A stretch of 64,000 bases of DNA from an uncultured Chloroflexia bacterium. GTDB lineage: Bacteria; Chloroflexota; Limnocylindria; Limnocylindrales; CSP1-4. How positions within the stretch are numbered: the first letter of the stretch is position 1; the number at the start of each line of letters is the position of its first letter. The notes under the pieces were generated by a model. The model was not told the DNA's origin, did no database searches, and saw only the letters and a program-made list of their open reading frames with translations. Both the position numbers and the translations under genes were made by a program. The stretch is from NCBI GenBank assembly GCA_963712745.1, contig CAVQJC010000020.1, positions 192,001 through 256,000 on the forward strand, given 5' to 3'. Of the stretch, positions 17,520 to 27,287 are shown piece by piece.

Positions 17520-19046
17520 ATGCGAGGACACACACGTGGATTCCCCGAGCGCACCGCGCTGCTGGCGCTGGCCGGTGCGGTGCTGGCAGCATCGCTGCCG
17601 GTGGCCGCTGCCGCCGCCGCTCCCATCGACGTGGCTGGGCTACCACCCTGCGATGGCCTCCCTAGAACGACCGAACGCGACGATGAAGTGGCGTCACCGT
17701 GGCAGGTCGTGCTGGATGAGGACGGCGTCGTGCAGGAGCATCGTCTGACACTCCGGCGCGGCGGCAGAGAGGCGGTGGTGCGAGCCGGCAGTCGCGGTTT
17801 CGCCATCCGCGTCGGTGATGGGCGACTGCTCATCGGCGACCGGGCCGAGGACGGTACCCGCTTGACCATGATCGAGATCCGGCGCAGCTGCCGCTTGTGG
17901 ACGCGGAGCTTCGACGGCCTCGTCTACCCCCACCGCGACGCGCTGGCCGGTGAACCCGTGCGGCTTGCCACCCACGAGCCTCGATCACGCCGCTTCACCG
18001 GCACGCTCCTGCTCGATGTCGAGACCGGCGCCTCCAACGGCCTCATCGACGGACAGTGCATCGAGACCTGTCTGCCCCATGACGGAGACATCTCTGCGGC
18101 CGCGCTGCAGCCGGCGGGGGCGCCGCGCCCGGTGCCGAATTTCTCTCGCGGCGGCTGGCCCAAGGACACTACCCTGCCCTTCCGCTGGAAGTCGGGTGCG
18201 GCCCCGCCATCGTGGGCCACGACGCCGCTCCTGTCGGCCGCCAACGACGCCCGGCGGACGTCGGGAGCCCGCAGCCCACGATTCGTCTATCGCTCGTCCG
18301 CTTCCAACGCGGTGGCCTACGGCGGCAACGTCCCCGGCTACTGCGGCATCAACGGCATCGCCTGCGCCGGGCGCAGCATCCCCAGCTTCTGGGGTGTGTG
18401 GCTGCGGCCCTACGGCACCGACTACGCGTGGGGCTCGCTGCGCTGGTGCCAGAAGACATCGTCGGCCCAGGGCTGCTTCGACATCCGCCGCGTGCTGCTG
18501 CATGAGCTCGGACACATCATCGGGCTGACCCACCCGTCAAGCGCCGGCTTCACCCTGGCCGGCGGCGAGTCTGTGATGCAGGCCATCACGCCCACGCGCC
18601 CCAAGCCCGGGGCTGGACGACATGCCTTCGGCCGGTGCGATGTGGCCACGCTGCAGGAGCTCTACGACACGCCGGACAACAAGACCCCCATCTCCAGCTG
18701 CAACGACGTCGCCACCATCCTGCGGCTGGACGCGACCAGGTCTTCGCTGGCGGCAGGAGAGAGCGTGACACTCCGGGCCCGGCTGGAGATCGACGACCGC
18801 TCCGCCTATCGGCAACTGCGGGGCAATCCGCTCAACGGGCGGTCGGTCAAGCTCAGGTACCGGCGTGCCGGCAGCAACGACGTCTGGAAGACCGCGTGGA
18901 TGAAGTCGACCTACTCATCGGGCAACTACGAGCTGACCATCGCGCCGGCCGCCACCTGGGAATTCAAGGCCGTGTTTCCGGCCCCGGCAGACGAGGGGCT
19001 GCGCTACAGCCGCTCGGCCACGGTGAAGGTGAAGGTGGCGGGTTGA
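17520..19046 (+). CDS. Secreted zinc metalloprotease (metzincin/matrixin-like), multi-domain
   Basis: Signal peptide; HELGHIIGLTH (HExxHxxGxxH) followed by the Met-turn ESVM; C-terminal beta-sandwich-like domain. Confidence 0.75.
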   Translation: MRGHTRGFPERTALLALAGAVLAASLPVAAAAAAPIDVAGLPPCDGLPRTTERDDEVASPWQVVLDEDGVVQEHRLTLRRGGREAVVRAGSRGFAIRVGDGRLLIGDRAEDGTRLTMIEIRRSCRLWTRSFDGLVYPHRDALAGEPVRLATHEPRSRRFTGTLLLDVETGASNGLIDGQCIETCLPHDGDISAAALQPAGAPRPVPNFSRGGWPKDTTLPFRWKSGAAPPSWATTPLLSAANDARRTSGARSPRFVYRSSASNAVAYGGNVPGYCGINGIACAGRSIPSFWGVWLRPYGTDYAWGSLRWCQKTSSAQGCFDIRRVLLHELGHIIGLTHPSSAGFTLAGGESVMQAITPTRPKPGAGRHAFGRCDVATLQELYDTPDNKTPISSCNDVATILRLDATRSSLAAGESVTLRARLEIDDRSAYRQLRGNPLNGRSVKLRYRRAGSNDVWKTAWMKSTYSSGNYELTIAPAATWEFKAVFPAPADEGLRYSRSATVKVKVAG

Positions 19047-19060
19047 GGCACCGACCCGGC

Positions 19061-19910
19061 ATGCGCCTGGTACCCCTGCTCGGCGCCATGGTCATGCTCG
19101 CGGGCATGAACGCCATCGGGGCCGATCCACGTCCCCCACGCACCGCCGCCTGAGCCGCCGACGGTCTGGCTCAAGGGCGCGTTCGGCCGGGTCGCCGGAA
19201 CCTCCCCGGCAGCCCCGGCGGTGGCCCCGCCGGACGACCGCGCACTCGACAGCTGGATGCGCGGGGCGCCGCTCGAACTCTCCACCGACCTGGCCCTCAC
19301 CGAGCCGATCGAGATCTGGGTCGTCTCCCGGCCGGCCGACGGCGAAGGGAGGGAGGAGCTCCTGTCGACGGGCGCCACGTCGTTCGACGGACCCGACCAT
19401 CCGGGGCTGAACGTAGTCACGGCCAGCGTGACGACCGAGAGCCACGGCCCGAGCCAGCATGCCTGGCTGGTCGAGACGCCCGACCGAAGCGGCGGGCCGG
19501 AGCTCCTGCTCGACATCCCGGGCCCCAGGCTCGAACTCGTCTCCGCGTCCGGTTCGGTGAGCGGTGAGCCGGGCCACGGCTGCTACGCCTACCTCTGCGT
19601 CCACGTCGGCTACCGCCCTCCGCTCGAGACGCTGGAGGTATTGCCGGTCGCCATCGGTGAGACCCTCGGGCTGCAGCTCGACGACGGTTCGGCCATGTCC
19701 GGCTGGACGGGCACGCTCGAGCCGCTCGGGACGTTCGCCACCGCTGAGCCGGCCCGGGCCGCGGCGACGTTCGGGGACGGGGCGCGCGCGGCGCCAAGAC
19801 TGGACGGACTGGAGGTGCCCGCGGCGGGCGAATGGCTGCTGGAGCTACGCGCGGACTTCGACCGCGAGCGCGGCTGGCAGTGGTTCCTCTACCGGCTCAT
19901 GGCCGAATAG
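19061..19910 (+). CDS. Secreted hypothetical protein (frameshift near 19135)
   Basis: The signal-like MRLVPLLGAMVMLAGM continues after a C-run frameshift as APPPEPPTVWLKGAFGRVAG into ORF 19221..19910. Confidence 0.6.
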
Positions 19911-19939
19911 CGGATGGGGTCGTCGGGAGCAGCGGGGCC

Positions 19940-20227
19940 TCAGGCGCCGGTGGCCTCGGCGGCCTCCTCTGCCTCGGGGAACAGCGACGTCTGCCGCTCC
20001 TCGGGCAGCATCACCCCCAGGATCTCCTGCATGGCCGCGATATGGGCACATGTCTTCCAGGACTCGAAGTAGTGGCAGGTGCACTGCCAGCCATCGGCTT
20101 CAAGGACGATCTGGTGGGAGTCGTTGTCTCCCGCGAAGGTGACGGCCAGCCGCTCCACGGTGATGCGGTCACGCTCACGCGCATAGCGGTGCGCCTTCTC
20201 GATCTTGCCGATGACGCTCGAGTGCAT
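19940..20227 (-). CDS. Small SWIM zinc-finger protein
   Basis: MHSSVIGKIEKAHRYA...WQCTCHYF....TCAH gives CxC-xn-CxH. GGGAG RBS before the ATG. Confidence 0.85.
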   Translation of the reverse strand: MHSSVIGKIEKAHRYARERDRITVERLAVTFAGDNDSHQIVLEADGWQCTCHYFESWKTCAHIAAMQEILGVMLPEERQTSLFPEAEEAAEATGA

Positions 20228-20374
20228 CGCTCCCATCCTCCCGCCCGTCGCTGTCCGCCCCGACGAGCCGTTGCCGCGACGCCGCGTCGGACCCTCGCCG
20301 GGTCCGCTCGACGGACGTCGATCCCTGTCGCCCAAGAGTAGCGACTCCGCCAAGAGGTGACAGGGGCCGAAGGT

Positions 20375-21466
20375 CTACTCCGGGTCGGCCTGATCGGCCA
20401 GTGCGAGCTGCTCCTTGATATGGGTGATGACGTCGATCGGCGAGGGGTCCACCGCGTACATGAAAGCCAGGTAGACGCTCACGTAGTCACCCAGGACGAG
20501 GGCTGAGAGCGCCTGCCCCAGCCGGCCCTCGCCGGCTGCGTCGACGAAGGTGTGCCAGATCTGTCCTGTGCCGACGACGTCGCCCATGAGCTGCGACCGC
20601 AGGCCGTCGCGCGGATGCACGAGCTCGCTGCGCAGGATCACGACCCCGAGGTGGTCGCGCAGCGATTCGGGCTGCTCGAACCCCACCACGGTGTTATGCG
20701 TCGCCTCCGGCAGCTCCTCGAAGGCCGCGCTGACCTTGGCGTTCTCGTTGAGCTGCGTCTTCCACCGGCGAGCCACCGGCGCCAGGAAGCCGGGCCCGGC
20801 TACCATCACGAAACGGTCGACCAGCGACCAGGCCAGCTGCTTGGCGGGATTGTCGGCGGAAGGCACGCCCGGCTGGCAGCGCGCGGCCATGGCCTGGCCC
20901 GCGGCGACTGCCGCAGCGATCTCGGCCTCGTCGAGCTCGAGCACACCGGCCTTCTCGAGGATGCCGGCCACGATGGCCAGCGACCATCCCATCGACGCCC
21001 GGGGAGATCCGCGGTCGGGGAATGTCGCCAAGGGCAGACGTGCTGCGGTGGCCACGTTGCGCAGGGCACCCCCGGTGCTCACGACTACGACCGGGCAACG
21101 GCGCTCGAGCGCAGCCTGCAAGGCACTCAGCGTCTCCTCGGTGGCACCGCTCTTGGAGCTGGCGATGACGAGCGTCTCAGGGCCCACCCACGCGGGCAGC
21201 TCGTAGCCACGCACGATCTGGAGGGGAACGTCGATGCGGTCGGACCAGATGCCCTTGACGAGGTCGCCCCCGATGGCCGAGCCGCCCATGCCCAGGATGG
21301 CTACCGCTGCGGGCTTGCCCCAGGGCAGCTCGAGGCCCCGGGAGATGCGCCAGCCCTCGGCGAGCTGCTCGGGCAGGGCGGCCAGCTGTCCGAGCATGCC
21401 CTCGCCGTCGGCGCGGGCCATGGCCGCAGGTTCGTCGAGGATGTTGGTGAGGTTGGACTGTTCCAT
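20375..21466 (-). CDS. Bifunctional phosphoglucose/phosphomannose isomerase (SIS family)
   Basis: Motifs GMGGSAIGG, SSKSG.TEET, RWKTQLNENAK, PE..HN, DP.PI..I..IK. Confidence 0.92.
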   Translation of the reverse strand: MEQSNLTNILDEPAAMARADGEGMLGQLAALPEQLAEGWRISRGLELPWGKPAAVAILGMGGSAIGGDLVKGIWSDRIDVPLQIVRGYELPAWVGPETLVIASSKSGATEETLSALQAALERRCPVVVVSTGGALRNVATAARLPLATFPDRGSPRASMGWSLAIVAGILEKAGVLELDEAEIAAAVAAGQAMAARCQPGVPSADNPAKQLAWSLVDRFVMVAGPGFLAPVARRWKTQLNENAKVSAAFEELPEATHNTVVGFEQPESLRDHLGVVILRSELVHPRDGLRSQLMGDVVGTGQIWHTFVDAAGEGRLGQALSALVLGDYVSVYLAFMYAVDPSPIDVITHIKEQLALADQADPE

Positions 21467-21483
21467 GTCGGCGCCGGGCGGTC

Positions 21484-22956
21484 CTAGCCGTTGACCATGT
21501 GATCACCCTCGGCGAGGAGGGCGTCGCGCAGCTCGGAGCTGCTGGCCTCGGCATATACGCGCACGAGCGGCTCGGTGCCGCTGAACCGGACCAGCAGCCA
21601 CGACCCGTCGTCGACCCAGAACTTGAAGCCGTCGCCGGTGTCCAGTGGCACAGTGCGGTCGACCGACCGACCGCCGAGTGTGGCCGGCGAGTGCTCGCTG
21701 AGCTCGACCAGCAAGCGCGCCTTCAGCGCCGGGTACGAGGCCCGGTCGGTGTGGACGTCCGTGCGCAGGTAGAAGGACGGCCCGGCCACCTCGTGCAGAT
21801 GCGCCACGGCCTCGGAGACCGTGGCCCGGCCGGCATCGCGCTCGCGGATGAAGAGGTCGAGCAGGAGCAGGTCGGCATAGATGCCGTCGCGCTCAGGCAG
21901 GTGCATGCCGAAGCCATAGCCACCCGACTCCTCTCCGCCCATCATGGCGCCGGTCTCGATCATCTTGGGCCCGACGTACTTGAAGCCGACCGGCGTCTCG
22001 TGCACCTCCACCCCATAGATCTCACCGAGGCGGAAGGCCATCGAGGTCTCGTTCACCGTCGAGACCAGCGGGGCACGTTCGCCGCGGTGCTCGAGCATGT
22101 AGTAGGCCAGCAGGCCGTAGCACTGAAGCTGGTGGATGAAGACGCCGTTCTCGTCGGCCGCGCCGGCCCGGTCGGCATCACCGTCGAGCAGCAGGCCCAG
22201 GTCGTAGCCGCCATCACGGACGCGCTCCAGGGCCTCGTCGACGTGCGGGCGGATAGGCTCGGGGTTGACCCCGCCGAACCACGGATTGCGCTCGCTGTGG
22301 ATCTCGTCGACGACGATCTCGCCGCCGGCCAGCAAGCGGCTGATCCAGCCGGCGCCAGAGCCGTAGAGCGGGTCCACGAGCACGCGCATCCTGGCCGCGC
22401 GCAGCTTGTCCAGGTCGAGCGTGCGGCGCACGAAACGCTCGTAGCCGGCGAAGGGCTGGATGTACTCCACCATGCCCGCTGCCTCGGCCTCGTCGAACGG
22501 TCGACGCGGGGGCGTGCCGGCGGCGTTGGCCACGATCGAGGCCTCGACCGCGTGCAGGATCTCCGGGCTGGCCGCGGCACCGGTGGGCGACTTGATCTTG
22601 AAGCCGTTGTCGGTCCAGGGGTTGTGAGAGGCGGTGATGACGATGGCGCCGGCCGCGCCGCGCTCGACCACTTCGTACGAGGTCAGCTGCGTGGGGATGG
22701 CCTCGGACGCCATGAGCACCCCGATGTCATGGGCCAGCAGCACCTCCGCAGCAGCGGCCGCGAAGTACTCGCTGCTGAACCGTCGGTCGTAGCCGACGAC
22801 GACGCCGTTCGCCTGCGTCCCCTGCTCGATGACCCACTCGGCGACGCCCTGGGCGCAGCGGCGAACGTTGTCGTAGGTGTACTCCTCGCCGATCCTGGCA
22901 CGCCAGCCATCGGTCCCGAAGACGATCGACGGCGCCGCAGACGGTGTTTCGGACAC
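21484..22956 (-). CDS. Phosphoglucomutase/phosphomannomutase
   Basis: Motifs FGTDGWRA, ITASHNP, DGDADR, GGEESGG, RFSGTEP. AGGAG RBS before GTG 22956. Confidence 0.94.
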   Translation of the reverse strand: MSETPSAAPSIVFGTDGWRARIGEEYTYDNVRRCAQGVAEWVIEQGTQANGVVVGYDRRFSSEYFAAAAAEVLLAHDIGVLMASEAIPTQLTSYEVVERGAAGAIVITASHNPWTDNGFKIKSPTGAAASPEILHAVEASIVANAAGTPPRRPFDEAEAAGMVEYIQPFAGYERFVRRTLDLDKLRAARMRVLVDPLYGSGAGWISRLLAGGEIVVDEIHSERNPWFGGVNPEPIRPHVDEALERVRDGGYDLGLLLDGDADRAGAADENGVFIHQLQCYGLLAYYMLEHRGERAPLVSTVNETSMAFRLGEIYGVEVHETPVGFKYVGPKMIETGAMMGGEESGGYGFGMHLPERDGIYADLLLLDLFIRERDAGRATVSEAVAHLHEVAGPSFYLRTDVHTDRASYPALKARLLVELSEHSPATLGGRSVDRTVPLDTGDGFKFWVDDGSWLLVRFSGTEPLVRVYAEASSSELRDALLAEGDHMVNG

Positions 22957-23080
22957 GGGCGTTGGCCCTCCTCTCGCCTTCCCTCCTGGATGCCCCGCGA
23001 CACGCGGCGACACGAACCCGAATGGTACCGCGGCCCGTCGCTAGACTTGCCAGTCAGGCAGGAACGAGGCAGAGGGAGCT

Positions 23081-23906
23081 GTGGCCGGCAAGACACGTCA
23101 AGGACCAGCGACGGCCGCAGGCACCCCTGCCGGCGGCGAGACCGCGCCGATCTTCATCATCGGCTCGCCTCGCTCCGGCACCACGCTGCTGCGCCTCATG
23201 CTCGACTCCCACCCGCACATCTCGTGCGGCGAGGAGACGCATTTCCTGCGTGACCTCGAGGCCATCGTTGGCCGAAACTGGGAGCTCGTCTCGACCTACG
23301 GCCTGGACCGGACCTGGTGGCTCGAGCACATCCATGACCTCTACACCGACTTTCAGGCGGCGGTGCTGCAAGGCTCGGGCAAGTCCCGCTGGGCCGAGAA
23401 GGACCCGACCTACACACTGCACCTGGACTTCATCGAGGAGCTGTTCCCCGACGCGCTCTACGTGCATCTGCTGCGCGACGGTCACGACGTCGTGGCCAGC
23501 TTCCGTGACCGCTGGGGCTACACCTCGGCAGCGCGCGCGGCGCGCACCGAATGGGCGCGCTACGTCGGCGCAGCCCGAAGGCTCGGAGCCCGACTGCCCC
23601 GAGGATCGCTTCCTCGAGCTGCGCTACGAGGAGCTGGTGGCCGATCCCGAGACCGAGGGACGGCGGCTCTTCGCGTTCCTCGGCGAGGCCTGGGACCCGG
23701 GCGTCCTCGACTTCGATCCGGCCGAGCATCGAGCCACCGATCGCTACCTCTGGTTCACGGCGCAGCGTCGCCGGTCCGGCGGCGATGACAGCACCATCTA
23801 CCGTTCGCGCGTGGGTACCGGCGGCAGCTCGCTCGACCTCGTTCTGCGCACGCTCCTGCGGCGGCGCCACGGCGACCTTTTGCGCGAGCTCGGCTACCTC
23901 GGATGA
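23081..23906 (+). CDS. PAPS-dependent sulfotransferase 1 (frameshift in the C-run near 23598)
   Basis: 5'-PSB motif IIGSPRSGTTLL, EKDP, 3'-PB motif LLRDGHDVVAS. Continues as LPEDRFLELRYEELVADP in the adjacent frame. Confidence 0.85.
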
Positions 23907-23915
23907 CCAGGCCCC

Positions 23916-25001
23916 ATGGCCGCTGACCGACCGATCCGCATCGGCTTCCTGCACGTCGGGCGCGAACGCAGCGGCCTGCGCCGTTACGGCCGAATCCTCG
24001 CGGCCGAGGCTGCCGCTCGGCCGGACCTGGAGGTCATCGAGAGCGATGCCGGAGGCCGCGGCGCCTCGTGGGCCGACCTGCGTCGGGCCGCGCGGCGCCT
24101 GAGCGATGCTGATGTCGTCCACCTGCAATGGAAGCTGGCTGACTGGGGCCCGCGCAGCGGGGGCATCCCGCGCATGGAAGTCGTGCTCCAGACGCTGCGG
24201 CGCCCGGTGGTCATCACCCTCCACGACGTCTTCGCTCGCGAAGGTGTCTGGGACCGCTTCCTATCCCCGGCGGCGCTGGGCCTGCGCCGGCTGGGCACAG
24301 CCGCGTCCAGCCTGATCGTCCACTCCGAGGAGGAGCGTGGACGGCTGCGGGGCATGGTCCCGTCGGCCAAGGTCGAGGTCGTGCCCCATTTCGTGGAGGT
24401 CCGTGACGGACTGCCCGACCGCGCAGCCGCCCGCGAGGCGCTCGGGGTCGACGGCCTGCTTGTGGTAACCCTGCTCGGCTACCTGACCAGGCGTCGCGGC
24501 CACCGGCTCGTCATCGACGCGCTGACCGAGCTGCCGTCAGAGGTCACGGCGCTCTTCGTGGGCTCACCCATCGAGGGCCGGGACCACGTCGGCCGGGCCC
24601 TCGAGGAACACGCTGCCGAGGTCGGCGTGGCCGACCGTGTGCGCTTCCTCGGCTACTTGCCAGAGCCCGAGCTCGAACAGGTGCTCGCGGCTACCGATGT
24701 CGCGCTCTGCCCCTTCGAGCGGATGTCGGCCTCTGGCGCGCTGGCCACCTGGCTCTCGGCGGGCCGGCCCATCGTGGGCAGCGACCTCGCGCCCTTCCGC
24801 GAGCTCAAGGCCATGCGTCCAGGTGCGCTCCACCTCTTCCGGCCGTACCAGGCGGGGCCGCTGGCGCGCTGCATCAGCGACACGCTGAAGGTCTCGGGCA
24901 ACGGGCGGGATCCGGACGTGGAGGCCCTGGCCCAGCGCTTGGCGACACCTCGCATCGTCGACCGCTACCTCGGTCTCTACCGGGTGGCGGCCGCGCGCTG
25001 A
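23916..25001 (+). CDS. GT-B (GT4-like) glycosyltransferase 1
   Basis: Motifs VITLHD, VVPH, LGY....RG, GYLPE.EL....ATDVALCPF, SASGAL. Confidence 0.85.
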   Translation: MAADRPIRIGFLHVGRERSGLRRYGRILAAEAAARPDLEVIESDAGGRGASWADLRRAARRLSDADVVHLQWKLADWGPRSGGIPRMEVVLQTLRRPVVITLHDVFAREGVWDRFLSPAALGLRRLGTAASSLIVHSEEERGRLRGMVPSAKVEVVPHFVEVRDGLPDRAAAREALGVDGLLVVTLLGYLTRRRGHRLVIDALTELPSEVTALFVGSPIEGRDHVGRALEEHAAEVGVADRVRFLGYLPEPELEQVLAATDVALCPFERMSASGALATWLSAGRPIVGSDLAPFRELKAMRPGALHLFRPYQAGPLARCISDTLKVSGNGRDPDVEALAQRLATPRIVDRYLGLYRVAAAR

Positions 25002-25051
25002 CGGACGCGTAGCCCCTACGGGCCGCAGCCTCCCCCTGGGCCGTAACTCCC

Positions 25052-26149
25052 CTACAGGAGGTCGCTCTTCTCCTCCTTCAGCTGGTTGACGACGGCCTTG
25101 ACGTCCTGGGCCGCGTCGGCCGCGATGACCAGGACCGCCTCCGGCGTGTCCACCACGATGACGTCCTCGAGCCCGACCGTGGCCACGGTACGCCCGCCGG
25201 CCGCATGTACCAGCACGTCCTTCCCGCCCACGTCGATGACCCGAGCGGAGCCCTCGGTGGTGATGACGGCGGCGCCGACGGCGGCGCGCTGGTCACGCAG
25301 GGCCGACCACGAGCCGAGATCGCTCCAGCCCACGGCCATGGGCACGACCGCCACCGCTGACTCGGTCGAGGCCGGTTCGAGCAGGGCGTAGTCGATAGAG
25401 GTCGCACGCAGGTCACGATAGGTCTCTTCGAGTTCCGCGCCCGGCCAGCCGGCGACCCCGCTCGGCGAGGCGCCCGCCACCCACTCGCGGATGGGTTCGT
25501 CGATGTCCGGGGAGTGGTGCTCCAGGCCGGCCACGAGCTCCGACCGGCGCCACACGAAGATGCCCGCGTTCCAGTACGCCGCCCGCGACGCGATGAGCTC
25601 CCTTGCTCGCGCCGGGTTCGGCTTCTCCTCGAAGCGTTTGACACGGAACGTGTCGCGCCCGCCGTGTACCACGGGGTCGCCGACGGCGATGACGTAGCCG
25701 TATCCGGTGGACGGCTCCGTGGGCTCGACCCCGAGGGTCACCAGGTCGCCGCCGGCGGCGCGCTCGCCGGCGGCGACCAGGGCCGAGCGGAAGCCCGCCT
25801 CGTCGGCCACGGCCTGGTCGGCCGGCAGCACCACCATGACCTCGTCGGCGGGCCGCTCGACGAGATGCGCCATCAACGCCACCGCAGCGGCGGTGTTGCG
25901 CCCGCAGGGCTCACCGATGATGTTGATGGCCGGGATCTGCGGCGCGACCTCCTGCACCAGCGGCGCGTAGCGAGCATCGGTCACGACGTAGACGTCCTCG
26001 GGCGCGATGAGCGGCTCGAGGCGGCTGACGCCGGCTCCGAGCAGGGTGCGATCGCCCTCGAGGAGCGGCAGGAACGGCTTGGGGCGACGGACTCGGCTCA
26101 GCGGCCAGAGCCGCGTCCCGCCCCCGCCGGCCATGATGACGGCGTACAT
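25052..26149 (-). CDS. manC: Mannose-1-phosphate guanylyltransferase
   Basis: Motifs IMAGGGGTRLWPLSR..PKPF, EP.GRNTA, TGYGY, F.EKP, WNAGIF, SIDYA, GWSDLGSW. Confidence 0.93.
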   Translation of the reverse strand: MYAVIMAGGGGTRLWPLSRVRRPKPFLPLLEGDRTLLGAGVSRLEPLIAPEDVYVVTDARYAPLVQEVAPQIPAINIIGEPCGRNTAAAVALMAHLVERPADEVMVVLPADQAVADEAGFRSALVAAGERAAGGDLVTLGVEPTEPSTGYGYVIAVGDPVVHGGRDTFRVKRFEEKPNPARARELIASRAAYWNAGIFVWRRSELVAGLEHHSPDIDEPIREWVAGASPSGVAGWPGAELEETYRDLRATSIDYALLEPASTESAVAVVPMAVGWSDLGSWSALRDQRAAVGAAVITTEGSARVIDVGGKDVLVHAAGGRTVATVGLEDVIVVDTPEAVLVIAADAAQDVKAVVNQLKEEKSDLL

Positions 26150-26218
26150 GACACGATTGTGCACGAGGGCGGCTATCATCCGCCGGGACCCCGGACAAGA
26201 GGCAGGAAGACGACCAGC

Positions 26219-27268
26219 GTGACCGAGAGCGTGACAGAGGAACCGAAGACCGCAGGGATGACGGAGGAGGCCGGCGGGCAGGAGCCGGCTGACACGCGAC
26301 CGCCCCGGGGCATGAACCCCAGCCTCCCGCCGGACGTGAACCCCGAGCCGCTGCCGCTGGGCTTCGCGGACTTGTGGCGCATCGCACGCAAGACGTACCG
26401 CGCGGAGCGGCGCTACTACCTCAAGCTCGACCGGCATCGCAAGATGAACAGCAAGCGGCTGTCGAGCTCGGTCCTGCCGGCCTTGAAGCGGCCCATCTTC
26501 ATCATCGGCGCGGCCCGCTCGGGCACCACTTTCCTGGGCGACTGCCTCGGCCGTCTGCCGGAGGTGACCTATCACCACGAGCCGCCGGCCACCAAGGCCG
26601 CCGGCCGCTATGTCTACGAGGGCCTGTGGAGCTATCGCCGCTCGCGCTGGTTCTTCCGCATGGTCTACAGCTGGCTGGTGCGGGTCGAACGCGACGGGGA
26701 TCTGCGCTTCTCGGAGAAGACGCCCACCAACATCTTCCTCATCCCGTTCCTGGCCAAGGCCTTCCCCGACTCGCAGTTCGTCCACATCATCCGCGACGGC
26801 CGGGACGCGGCCAGCTCCCACATGCACAAGCCCTGGCTGCGGGCCGAGGACGCGTGGTCGGGAGAGCGCGAGCCCGGCGGCTACCTGCACGGGCCCTGGC
26901 CCAGCTTCTGGGTCGAGCCGGACCGTCGCGACGACTTCCTGAGCACGAGTGACGCGCGCCGCATGGCCTGGGCCTGGCGCCGCTACACCGAGGTCGGCCT
27001 GCGCGACGGGCCGGCATTGGGGGCCGAGCGTTATCACGAGCTGCGCTACGAGGACCTCGTGCGCCGGCCTATCGACGAGGCCGAGCGCATGCTCGACTTC
27101 CTCGACATCAGGCGCAGGACATCGCGCGATGCGTTCGTCTCCGCCACGATGCGCGCGGACAATTCCTCGGTGGGCACGTGGCGCAACACCTTCTTCCCGT
27201 CGGAGATGGCCGAGATCGACGCGGAGGCCGGCGACCTGTTGCGTCGGCTCGGCTACGTCGACGACTGA
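26219..27268 (+). CDS. PAPS-dependent sulfotransferase 2
   Basis: Motifs IIGAARSGTT, EKTP, IIRDGRD...S, LRYEDL, SVGTWR. Start uncertain (GTG 26219 or ATG 26258). Confidence 0.88.
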   Translation: MTESVTEEPKTAGMTEEAGGQEPADTRPPRGMNPSLPPDVNPEPLPLGFADLWRIARKTYRAERRYYLKLDRHRKMNSKRLSSSVLPALKRPIFIIGAARSGTTFLGDCLGRLPEVTYHHEPPATKAAGRYVYEGLWSYRRSRWFFRMVYSWLVRVERDGDLRFSEKTPTNIFLIPFLAKAFPDSQFVHIIRDGRDAASSHMHKPWLRAEDAWSGEREPGGYLHGPWPSFWVEPDRRDDFLSTSDARRMAWAWRRYTEVGLRDGPALGAERYHELRYEDLVRRPIDEAERMLDFLDIRRRTSRDAFVSATMRADNSSVGTWRNTFFPSEMAEIDAEAGDLLRRLGYVDD

Positions 27269-27287
27269 CCCGAGCCAGGCGCACACG

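Noticed and set aside
21499-23253. Long antisense ORFs (for example 584 aa here, 10260..11843 and 60378..61808)
   Set aside because: These are shadow ORFs opposite well-conserved genes, as expected from high GC3 codon bias. They contain no motifs.
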